Shown here piece after piece: positions 28,194-35,558 of a DNA stretch of 43,676 nucleotides. The stretch comes from a virus. Taxonomy: Duplodnaviria; Caudoviricetes. Positions within the stretch are counted from its first letter, which is position 1. Every line of letters begins with the position of its first letter. Where the stretch lies: IMG/VR virus record IMGVR_UViG_3300030613_000018, positions 1 through 43,676 of that record; one strand, written 5' to 3'. The notes under the pieces are model-generated. The model saw only the letters and a list, made by a program, of their open reading frames with translations. It made no database searches and had not been told where the DNA came from. The translations under genes and the position numbers were made by a program.

Positions 28194-28442
28194 TCAATTG
28201 CTCGCCATCGGCGGCATCTGGTTGGTTACGATCACGTTCTTTTGCGGGATGGCCATAACCTGGAAACTCGGACCCGTCCGGGAAGAAAATGATACCTTCA
28301 CGTCAAAAACACAGCCATGCCGCTTCAACACATCGATGATCTCGTTCATACACGCAGTCCCGATGATTACGTCAGCCTGATCCATGACTACCTCCGTTTT
28401 GATATTCGGGAGACCTCCGGTTGCCCTTTGGTCCCCCTTCAT
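28194..28442 (-). CDS. hypothetical protein
   Basis: ORF filling the gap in the late operon; start may be the internal MDQAD (RBS GGAGG). Confidence 0.55.
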   Translation of the reverse strand: MKGDQRATGGLPNIKTEVVMDQADVIIGTACMNEIIDVLKRHGCVFDVKVSFSSRTGPSFQVMAIPQKNVIVTNQMPPMASN

Positions 28443-28472
28443 AAAGACCCCTATAGCGGGGCGTTTAGTCGG

Positions 28473-29492
28473 TTAAGCCGGATTGCGAGCAATGCCAAGA
28501 GTAAGACGGTCGGAAATCGTAGTCGTATCCCCTGGTCCGCTCTGGCCCCAGTAAATTTTCGCTTCTTGGCCGCTGGTGACCACATCCGTTACCCCGGAGA
28601 AAGAACAACGGTTATCGAAATATAGAAACAGCGTGGCATCTGCGGAATTTGTGATCCCCACCGCCAGGTCATACGACCCCGCCAGAGTCGTTGCGTTTAC
28701 AAATTGGCAGTTCAGGAAGAAAGCTGAAATACCGCCGCCCGTCCCTGTGGCTGTATGGCGGATAAAAACCGGAGTAGTGGCCTGAGACCTGCTCCTGAAA
28801 ATGCAGTTCTCAAAGACGTTCAACCCGTTTGCCCCACTCAGTTGCAGCATAGAGCTGGCTGAGTTCCGATGGATGGCATTCGAGGTCCCGAACAGGCAAT
28901 TCTTGAAATGGTTAGAGGAGCCGGTAACTATCATGCCCCTGAAATTTGCGCTGTCGGCTTGGGTTTGGTTAATGGGGCTGGCAAAACAGCAATTTTCAAA
29001 AACATTGCCCGCCCCACTGACCGTCATTATCTGCGTTTCTGTGGCACTACCCGAACCGTGCATCCATCGAAGATTTTTGAATTTGTTCGAGTTTCCACTA
29101 ACGGTCATGAGACTTACGATGGTAGCTGCGTCTCCAGCAAATCTCGCACGTTGATACCCGCCGATGCCACCAGGATCAAGGCCCAATACGTGGGTGTTTT
29201 GTTTGTCCCAAGTAAGTAAGGCATTTGCAGCATAATCATCTCCATACCAGGAATGAGAATCCGGAGAGACAACAAGGACATCATTCCTTTGAGTCACCAT
29301 TGCCGCCTCGGCTCTGGCGATGTTAGTGTGCAGATTTGCCTCGTTGATCCTATCCCGGAAATAATTACGGGAATTTCCGGTTGCACCCGTCAACATCCGG
29401 ATCTCGCCTACCGGACCGAAACCAAGCTGACCCATACAAAATTGGGCCAACATATTCTGCATGTCGATCATGCCCGCTTTTCTGATTATCAT
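28473..29492 (-). CDS. right-handed beta-helix (pectin lyase-like) virion protein
   Basis: Repeated N.F.NC.F rungs; RNDVLVVSPDSH; RBS AAGGAG. Confidence 0.75.
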   Translation of the reverse strand: MIIRKAGMIDMQNMLAQFCMGQLGFGPVGEIRMLTGATGNSRNYFRDRINEANLHTNIARAEAAMVTQRNDVLVVSPDSHSWYGDDYAANALLTWDKQNTHVLGLDPGGIGGYQRARFAGDAATIVSLMTVSGNSNKFKNLRWMHGSGSATETQIMTVSGAGNVFENCCFASPINQTQADSANFRGMIVTGSSNHFKNCLFGTSNAIHRNSASSMLQLSGANGLNVFENCIFRSRSQATTPVFIRHTATGTGGGISAFFLNCQFVNATTLAGSYDLAVGITNSADATLFLYFDNRCSFSGVTDVVTSGQEAKIYWGQSGPGDTTTISDRLTLGIARNPA

Positions 29493-29525
29493 CGAATTTC
29501 TCCTTTTCCAAAGTTTTCCCCCCCA

Positions 29526-29541
29526 CGTTCCACGTGGAACA
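29526..29541. promoter_or_regulatory. parS: parS-like palindrome
   Basis: CGTTCCACGTGGAACA (minus strand TGTTCCACGTGGAACG), perfect 14-bp palindrome, intergenic; fits the bacterial chromosomal parS pattern. Confidence 0.7.
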
Positions 29542-29559
29542 TTACGGGATACTGGACGG

Positions 29560-29623
29560 GGCCGCCGCGGAGGCGATATACCCAGGGAGGTAAGCTGGGC
29601 CGGCTGAGGTCCCCCGGGCGGCC
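29560..29623 (-). other. GC-rich stem-loop with an anti-Shine-Dalgarno loop
   Basis: Outer stem GGCCGCC/GGCGGCC; inner hairpin CCCAG-CTTACCTCC-CTGGG. Confidence 0.55.
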
Positions 29624-29626
29624 GAG

Positions 29627-30319
29627 TTAGTTTTGCCTCAAATAGTCAATCGCGCTACGGAGAAGAGAAGGATCATGGCGAAAATTACCAAGGCCAACAT
29701 TGCAGTTGTGACACAGAAGACCCCTGACTTTACCGGTTTTAGAATCATGATCAACCGGGAAGTTTTCTTTTTTATTTGAGGGTTTCTCTGTTCCACAGAT
29801 TGCACACTTACCTTCTTGGATCTTGAAAAGATTTTCGTAGTCTTCAAGAGTCATGTTAAAATTTTTCCTGAGTCCTCTTTCGCGATGATACTGTTTATTT
29901 GCGGCTCTCTTTTCAGGATCATTTTTATACAACTCTCGATACTGAGTAATCTTCTCTTGGTTCTTTTCATTCCAATCTTCCCTTAACTTTTTTCCATGAC
30001 GACTTCGGTTAAATTTTTTACTCCATTTTGCTTGACATTTTTTACAGAAGTTTCGATGTTCTCCTTTTTCGTGGTTATGAATATTAAATTCAGAGAGAGG
30101 CTTTATCTCCTGACATCGAATGCAGCGTTTAGGATCGGACTCCCGATTTTCGCCGCGAACCTCTCTCTTGAATTTTCCAACTTTTTCAAGATAAAGTTGC
30201 CGATGATAGGCATTAAAGCAGGGTTTACATTGAGTCCGCCTTTTGCCATTTTCTTTGCGTATCTGAAAAAAGTTGATGTCATGTTCATTACCACATTCTC
30301 GGCAAATTTGAGTTTCCAT
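29627..30319 (-). CDS. endonuclease VII-type homing endonuclease
   Basis: Two CxxC..CxxC zinc modules, then Q.GKCAICG...VDHD..TGKVRGLLCHNCNVGLG. AT-rich island after the capsid gene. Start METQIC with RBS AAGGAGG. Confidence 0.9.
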   Translation of the reverse strand: METQICRECGNEHDINFFQIRKENGKRRTQCKPCFNAYHRQLYLEKVGKFKREVRGENRESDPKRCIRCQEIKPLSEFNIHNHEKGEHRNFCKKCQAKWSKKFNRSRHGKKLREDWNEKNQEKITQYRELYKNDPEKRAANKQYHRERGLRKNFNMTLEDYENLFKIQEGKCAICGTEKPSNKKENFPVDHDSKTGKVRGLLCHNCNVGLGNFRHDPSLLRSAIDYLRQN

Positions 30320-30327
30320 ATCATTCC

Positions 30328-30380
30328 TCCTTGACATTGATTTTTATTATTGTCCAACTTGTCTAAACCAATGTCAAGGA
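30328..30380 (-). promoter_or_regulatory. 12-bp inverted repeat covering the endonuclease RBS, with an internal sigma70-like promoter
   Basis: TCCTTGACATTG (30328..30339) / CAATGTCAAGGA (30369..30380); minus strand TTGACA-17-GACAAT. Confidence 0.7.
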
Positions 30381-30398
30381 AAAAGTGATATTTTAACC

Positions 30399-31718
30399 CT
30401 AATAAACCGTTGGTTCCACCAAATCCTTCAATACTGTCAAGCAGTTACGTTGCTCGGTTCCGAGCTGCGTGTAGAGGCGTAAAAATAAATCCCACTCGTC
30501 ATAACCCGCGCGCCGGTGCATCTGGTCGCCGTCAAGGTTTCCCCATCCCAGGGGAGTCAACTCGTATTTCTTGATCACGTCGCCGGGATCGAAAAAGAGT
30601 TTGTTCTTCTGGGTGAGAGGATCGACGAGGATTTCGATGCTGCCGTCGCCGCCGCTGAAGGTCAGGGTTTCGTATCCGCCCTTGAGGACGGTGGGCGCAT
30701 ACCGCACGTCCGGAAGCAGGAGGTTAGCGTATTTCCTACGCTGTCCCAACCCGGTCCGGATGGTCTTGGTGTTTCTCCCGCTGCGTTCCCGCGTGAGGTC
30801 GCAGGCGTTCAGCATCAGGTCGATGCTGAGCTCGCGGTTGACGCTGGAGTTGGAGATCAGGTTCGCCGCCCATTTCGGATAGGTCGCGACGACGATGTTC
30901 TCGAAGGTGGCCAGGAGAGTACCGTCATCGAATTGGCCGTCGAGGCCGCAGATTTCGTACTGCGCGTTGGTCGCGTTGTGAGTCGCGGCTCTTGCGCCCA
31001 TCTTCACCAGCAGGTAGCCGGAAGCGCTGAGGGTGGTCGCGACGTTCGCCGTGGCCCTCACGCTTGAGATCGGGTGATTGGCCTTGTACGTCAACCCGGT
31101 CGTGTCCGACTCGAAGTGAATGACCTTCGTCGCCGGGTAGACAGCGCTCACGCGATGCGCGCAGGCGGTCGTCTGTAGGGTCGTGGAGTTGTAAATATCC
31201 AGGACCATGCCCTCCTGAACGTACATGACGCCGGTGTCGTTGTCGCAGGTGGCCGCCCAGGTGGCCGAGGTCGCCGTGGTCAAGGCTGCCGAGGTTGTAG
31301 CGATCAGGCCAAAGCCGTCGCCGTGACACTGCCGGTTCAGATCGACGATGATGGATTGATAAATATCGTCCATTTCGTCAGCCAGGCCGTCGACAAAGGC
31401 CATGGTGTTCGCCTTCGCGGCCTCGATCGCCGGTCCAGTGAGCCGGATCGCGCCGTAAATGTACTTTGGGGTGATGGTCCCCTGATCCTTGGTCCCGGTG
31501 AAGGGATCAGGAAGAGGCACGGATTCCGCGCGACCGCCTACGCTCTGACTGCGGGCGTATCTGATCCCGAAGACGTAACCTTTCCCGCCGGGCTTCCTGT
31601 CGGATTTCCCGAACTGGTTATAGGTTACTTTCTCATCGTTAAACTGATTTGTGAGACCTTCCCCGTAGACGTTTTTGAGAATGTCGGTAAGGGTGGTCAG
31701 GTCTGCATAAGCTGACAT
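30399..31718 (-). CDS. major capsid protein
   Basis: 439 aa after the scaffold; ILKNVYG, YIYGAIRLTG, DLNRQCHGDG pattern; strongly biased GC3 codon use. Confidence 0.85.
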   Translation of the reverse strand: MSAYADLTTLTDILKNVYGEGLTNQFNDEKVTYNQFGKSDRKPGGKGYVFGIRYARSQSVGGRAESVPLPDPFTGTKDQGTITPKYIYGAIRLTGPAIEAAKANTMAFVDGLADEMDDIYQSIIVDLNRQCHGDGFGLIATTSAALTTATSATWAATCDNDTGVMYVQEGMVLDIYNSTTLQTTACAHRVSAVYPATKVIHFESDTTGLTYKANHPISSVRATANVATTLSASGYLLVKMGARAATHNATNAQYEICGLDGQFDDGTLLATFENIVVATYPKWAANLISNSSVNRELSIDLMLNACDLTRERSGRNTKTIRTGLGQRRKYANLLLPDVRYAPTVLKGGYETLTFSGGDGSIEILVDPLTQKNKLFFDPGDVIKKYELTPLGWGNLDGDQMHRRAGYDEWDLFLRLYTQLGTEQRNCLTVLKDLVEPTVY

Positions 31719-31736
31719 GGCTGCAACTCCTTTTCG

Positions 31737-32543
31737 TTAGCGATTGAAAAGGGTCTGTAACCGCTCGGTCATCGTCTTTCGGGCTTCCGCCAGGTTCTTA
31801 ATCTTCGGCGGTGGCAGGTCTCCGGGCGTAGTGGATCCCGGGACTCTGGGAATTGCTCCCTTGCCTTTTGCCGCATTTTCGAGGATCACGTCCTTGAACG
31901 CCTTCAGGGTCTTGACCGCCTCGGTGTAGGCGCCTTTAATCGCGGTTTTGTCTGAAATGTTAATGGATGAAGACGGGTTATTGACGCCGAGAAAGAAACT
32001 CACGAATTCGCGTTCGTTCTCGGGAATGCTCGCGTCCGCACTCACGAGCCGAGTCACCTCGGAATCGTACGCCTTCGCGACCTTCTCCCCTTCCTCGGCC
32101 TGTTCACGTCTCCGCTTGCCCTCATTTTCTCTTTCCTTGAGTAGTCTTTCCTTGTCTTCGAGACGCCGTTCTTTTTCGTCCGGGGTCTCTTTGAGTAGCC
32201 GCTCCTCTTCCTCTTTTTCAGCCCAATAGGCCTGCACGCGGGCATATTCCTTTTGGGCCTTGATAGCTTCTTTGACCTTGTTCTCGTCGACGCCTTCCTC
32301 GCGGAGTTTGCTGCCGAGGTCGGCGAGCTCGAGGAGCTCCTCGACGGTGTCAACCCCCAGGGCGGTTTGTAGGCTCTGAAGGTTCTTCTCCGCCTCGCGG
32401 GCGGACTTCCATCTTGGGTCCTGGTCAAAAGGAGTCGACTGTTCCCCTGCGGCGGGTTGGGGTGTTGCGCCGCCTTTGTCGTCTGACTTCCCCGGGTCCG
32501 ATCCGGTTGTTGCGGTTCCTTTGGTTTGCTCTTCGAGTGTCAT
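31737..32543 (-). CDS. capsid scaffolding protein
   Basis: Acidic helical protein with PFDQDPRWK motif and C-terminal KIKNLAEARK helix; directly upstream of the capsid gene. Confidence 0.75.
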   Translation of the reverse strand: MTLEEQTKGTATTGSDPGKSDDKGGATPQPAAGEQSTPFDQDPRWKSAREAEKNLQSLQTALGVDTVEELLELADLGSKLREEGVDENKVKEAIKAQKEYARVQAYWAEKEEEERLLKETPDEKERRLEDKERLLKERENEGKRRREQAEEGEKVAKAYDSEVTRLVSADASIPENEREFVSFFLGVNNPSSSINISDKTAIKGAYTEAVKTLKAFKDVILENAAKGKGAIPRVPGSTTPGDLPPPKIKNLAEARKTMTERLQTLFNR

Positions 32544-32559
32544 TTTCGGTCTCCTTTTT

Positions 32560-32600
32560 GATCTTTCAGGGTTAAAAGGGCGTTTTAATCCCCGAAGATC
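32560..32600 (-). promoter_or_regulatory. long hairpin just upstream of the scaffold RBS
   Basis: GATCTTCGGGGATTAAAA-CGCCC-TTTTAACCCTGAAAGATC. Confidence 0.45.
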
Positions 32601-32603
32601 GAT

Positions 32604-32780
32604 TTATTTAAAAACTTTAACTCGTTCTCTCGCGATCGTTTTGGCTTCAGCGATCGTCTTAGGCTTCCCGAAAAGATCCCGGGCCTCTTCCGGCGTGAAT
32701 TGAATCGGCCGGCCGGTTCTGCGCTCGACCTTATTTCTTCGCGGGCGCCCCCGTGGGCCTCCAGCCTTTTTCGACGCCAT
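32604..32780 (-). CDS. small basic protein (58 aa, not in ORF track) with scaffold-like C-terminus
   Basis: MASKKAGGPRGRPRRNKVERRTGRPIQFTPEEARDLFGKPKTIAEAKTIARERVKVFK*; RBS GAGGT. Confidence 0.6.
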   Translation of the reverse strand: MASKKAGGPRGRPRRNKVERRTGRPIQFTPEEARDLFGKPKTIAEAKTIARERVKVFK

Positions 32781-32898
32781 GGAGTAACCTCATCTGGGCC
32801 TTCGCTTTCTTCATCGAGGTGCCCTTGCTATGAACCCCCGAAGGCCCCCTTACCCTTACCTTTCCTGATTTGAGTTTTGCCATTTCGTAGGGTGCCAT
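32731..32898 (-). CDS. small basic phage protein (55 aa, not in ORF track)
   Basis: MAPYEMAKLKSGKVRVRGPSGVHSKGTSMKKAKAQMRLLHGVEKGWRPTGAPAKK*; RBS AGGAG. Confidence 0.65.
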   Translation of the reverse strand: MAPYEMAKLKSGKVRVRGPSGVHSKGTSMKKAKAQMRLLHGVEKGWRPTGAPAKK

Positions 32899-32997
32899 TG
32901 CCAACTCTCCTCGCCTGTCTCAGCGTCCATTTGCGCCGGGGTGGATAGACCTCTTTTAAGTTTGCCTGAATATTTGACAATCGCGCGTAGGGCAAAG

Positions 32998-33192
32998 CTA
33001 CCTCGAAGCCTTGTCAAGCTCTTCGAATTCTTTCCGGCTCATCCCGCGCCCGCCCATTAAGACCCCGCGCGCCTTTTTTTTCTTTTCCTCGGCTTCCTTT
33101 TTCCCAAGGTCTTCTTCCGTTGCTTCCGCATCCATAGCCTTCGTCTTTTTAGCGCCCGGCGCCAGCATCCCAAACAATTTTTTAAATGGCAC
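32998..33192 (-). CDS. small Lys-rich protein
   Basis: 64 aa, coupled to the portal stop. Confidence 0.6.
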   Translation of the reverse strand: MPFKKLFGMLAPGAKKTKAMDAEATEEDLGKKEAEEKKKKARGVLMGGRGMSRKEFEELDKASR

Positions 33193-35303
33193 TATATAAC
33201 TCCTTCCTTCGCGAATCCCGCCTCCGTAGGCGGTAAAGGTTCACCCGTGGGCGTCTTGCCGCGGCTTTTGCCCGGTCCGCCCCCAACTTCCCCGGCTCCC
33301 GGCTGCTCCTCTCCCGGTCCGGCGCCCGCCGCCGCCTGCGCCATTACCTGCATCTGCATTAAGACGGCCTGGTGGGCGTCCGCGTGCGCCAGCAACATCG
33401 TCCGCGCTGCGACGGGTAACTCCATAAACTGCCCCGAAAGGATGAAGCGGCGGTGTACCATGCTATGAATTTGATGATCGTCGTATTTGAAAAGCGGGTC
33501 CATGTTCGCCACTTCCGGGCTGCCGTCCTCGCCCATGGCCTCCGCGTCCAGGATCATCAACCGCTGCGGCCTGCCCAGACTGACCGCCGCGTTCTCGTCC
33601 TCCGCCCGCTCGATGTCAACATTGGTCTGCGGGGTGTAGCCGGACAGACCCAACCGGGTCAAAAATTCCTGCCTAAGCTCCGGGTTGACATCGATCGGGC
33701 CCAGGAATCCCTTTTCGGCCAGTTTCATGAGCAGTGTGGTCTTGCCGGCTCGAGTCGTGGAAATGCCAGAATCAAGTTCCAGGCGGACATCTGTATTCCC
33801 GCGCAGGTCCGCCGCCCTGAAGGCAATTATCTCAGTCCGCTGCCCTCGTCCCCCTATCTTAATCAGGCGCTTATCGGTGTAGACCTCAGACGCGACCAAA
33901 AGCCTCTTTTTATAACAGCGCCCCATGGCCCGGTTAAAGCGGTCAATGTCCGGGTAGTGTCCTCGCTCCGCGGTCTCCCGGAGAATGTCCACCTGCACTC
34001 CCGAGGATCCAGCCGACGGCGCGTGTCCCTTCAGGATGTTCTTGGGGTCTCCGCTCATGTCCTGGATTGAAACAACGTGGAGTTGAAGCTCTTCCATTAT
34101 CTGCTCGGGCAGAGCGATCCCGGGGTGTATCGTCGGCGCTTTGCCCCCGGAAAGGAGGGGATCATATTCAATACTCAAGAACGAATGCCCGGACTTTTCC
34201 TCATCAATCCGCTTCAGACTGATCTTCCCCGGCGAAGTAATCCGCGGCCGGCCCACGCCTTTTCGGTTTTCAGCCAGGAGTTGAAGGATTTCGTTGATCC
34301 CGTTCTGTGGGGAGATCAAATCATTAATCGGCGCGTCTGACCAAAACCGGCCTGGGACATAGTCAAAATGAAAGTCTGTCAGCGTGTAATACCAAATCTC
34401 GTCCTTGACCTGAATCGGTAGTCGGTCCACGTCCAGAAGGGTTTTGCTGTGGCAGGTCAAAACATAGCGGCCTTCCGGGCGTTCCTTTGTCGGTCTGAAT
34501 TCCACCTCGCGCAAAAGAACAAAGTCAGCGTCTTCTTGATATACTTGCGTCTCCAGGCCCGCGCCTTTCCATGGAGATACCTGTCCCACCAACTTCATCA
34601 ACTTGCGCTCGTAGTCAATCACGTCCGGTTGTGGCGAGGTCTCGACCTTCACCTTGAATGTGTCCTCAACCCATTCCCGGTTTTGTAGGGTTTGCACGCC
34701 TACCCAGCGCTTAGTTTTTAGGTCTTCCCCCAAGTTGTCCAGGCGCACGCTGAACGGGACCACGGCCTTAGTAACCACATCCCCGGTGTTGACCTGGCCT
34801 TTCGGCGTCATGAACCATTTCCCCGCCTCCATATCCGGGTAGGTCCTAAGAAACGAGGTCCCTGACATGGCCAGCCAAATTACGGCCTTTTCTTTCTGGT
34901 CGGCAAAATCCTCATCGAAAAGCGTATCCATCCACTCCAGGAGTTTTTTCCCAATCTGTGCCGCCTTCGCGTCTTCGGGTTCGTTGGTATTGGGCGACAC
35001 CGACGGGACAAGTTTTTGATTCAAAAGCATAGCCTTCAGACTGCGGACGTACTCCTTGATCTCGTTTTTGACCGGCGTGGGAATGTAGTTAGGCAGGACG
35101 CGGCGCCTGAACGTCCCGGCTTGCTTGACGAATTCGATGTATTGTTCCCCAAGGTAGTAGAGGAGATTTCTGTAGCAAAGCCTGTCCAAAATGATTCTGG
35201 TGAGATCGTTCTTGATGTCGAAAAGTTCCTCGACCAATCCGGCCAGTTTCGGCCCGTCCTGACCAGTTTTAATCTCTGAAATGTCTTTTAGCTTGATCAT
35301 CAT
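33192..35303 (-). CDS. portal protein (P22-like, podovirus type)
   Basis: 703 aa after terL; N.IKEYVR, D.KAAQI, PGRFWS..I.DLISPQ..IN, IQDMSG motifs; Gly/Pro tail. Confidence 0.85.
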   Translation of the reverse strand: MMIKLKDISEIKTGQDGPKLAGLVEELFDIKNDLTRIILDRLCYRNLLYYLGEQYIEFVKQAGTFRRRVLPNYIPTPVKNEIKEYVRSLKAMLLNQKLVPSVSPNTNEPEDAKAAQIGKKLLEWMDTLFDEDFADQKEKAVIWLAMSGTSFLRTYPDMEAGKWFMTPKGQVNTGDVVTKAVVPFSVRLDNLGEDLKTKRWVGVQTLQNREWVEDTFKVKVETSPQPDVIDYERKLMKLVGQVSPWKGAGLETQVYQEDADFVLLREVEFRPTKERPEGRYVLTCHSKTLLDVDRLPIQVKDEIWYYTLTDFHFDYVPGRFWSDAPINDLISPQNGINEILQLLAENRKGVGRPRITSPGKISLKRIDEEKSGHSFLSIEYDPLLSGGKAPTIHPGIALPEQIMEELQLHVVSIQDMSGDPKNILKGHAPSAGSSGVQVDILRETAERGHYPDIDRFNRAMGRCYKKRLLVASEVYTDKRLIKIGGRGQRTEIIAFRAADLRGNTDVRLELDSGISTTRAGKTTLLMKLAEKGFLGPIDVNPELRQEFLTRLGLSGYTPQTNVDIERAEDENAAVSLGRPQRLMILDAEAMGEDGSPEVANMDPLFKYDDHQIHSMVHRRFILSGQFMELPVAARTMLLAHADAHQAVLMQMQVMAQAAAGAGPGEEQPGAGEVGGGPGKSRGKTPTGEPLPPTEAGFAKEGVI

Positions 35304-35308
35304 TTACC

Positions 35309-35545
35309 TCAACTGTAAATGGGAATAGCCTCTTCTTCGCGCGGTCTTACTTGCTCTTCCGGCTTCGGATTCAGCGCGGCTTCCCCCCGGACGTACTCCT
35401 GAAAGTCCTTGGCCATCAGCCGATTCAGCAGGTCCCGGGTCTGCGCCCGCTGCTCCCGCATAAATAGGAAGAAAACGACGCCTTGAAAGATCATCACCGC
35501 CCCCAGGGCGCCAGCCAGAACGAAGACAACTTGAATCAAATTCAT
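35309..35545 (-). CDS. small membrane protein between terminase and portal
   Basis: N-terminal TM; DLLNRLMAKDFQEY motif. Confidence 0.7.
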   Translation of the reverse strand: MNLIQVVFVLAGALGAVMIFQGVVFFLFMREQRAQTRDLLNRLMAKDFQEYVRGEAALNPKPEEQVRPREEEAIPIYS

Positions 35546-35558
35546 AAGCCCCCCTTAA

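Noticed and set aside
29627-31718. Group I intron splitting the capsid gene
   Set aside because: The capsid ORF ends with its own stop at plausible full length; no second exon or intron core recognised, so the endonuclease looks free-standing.
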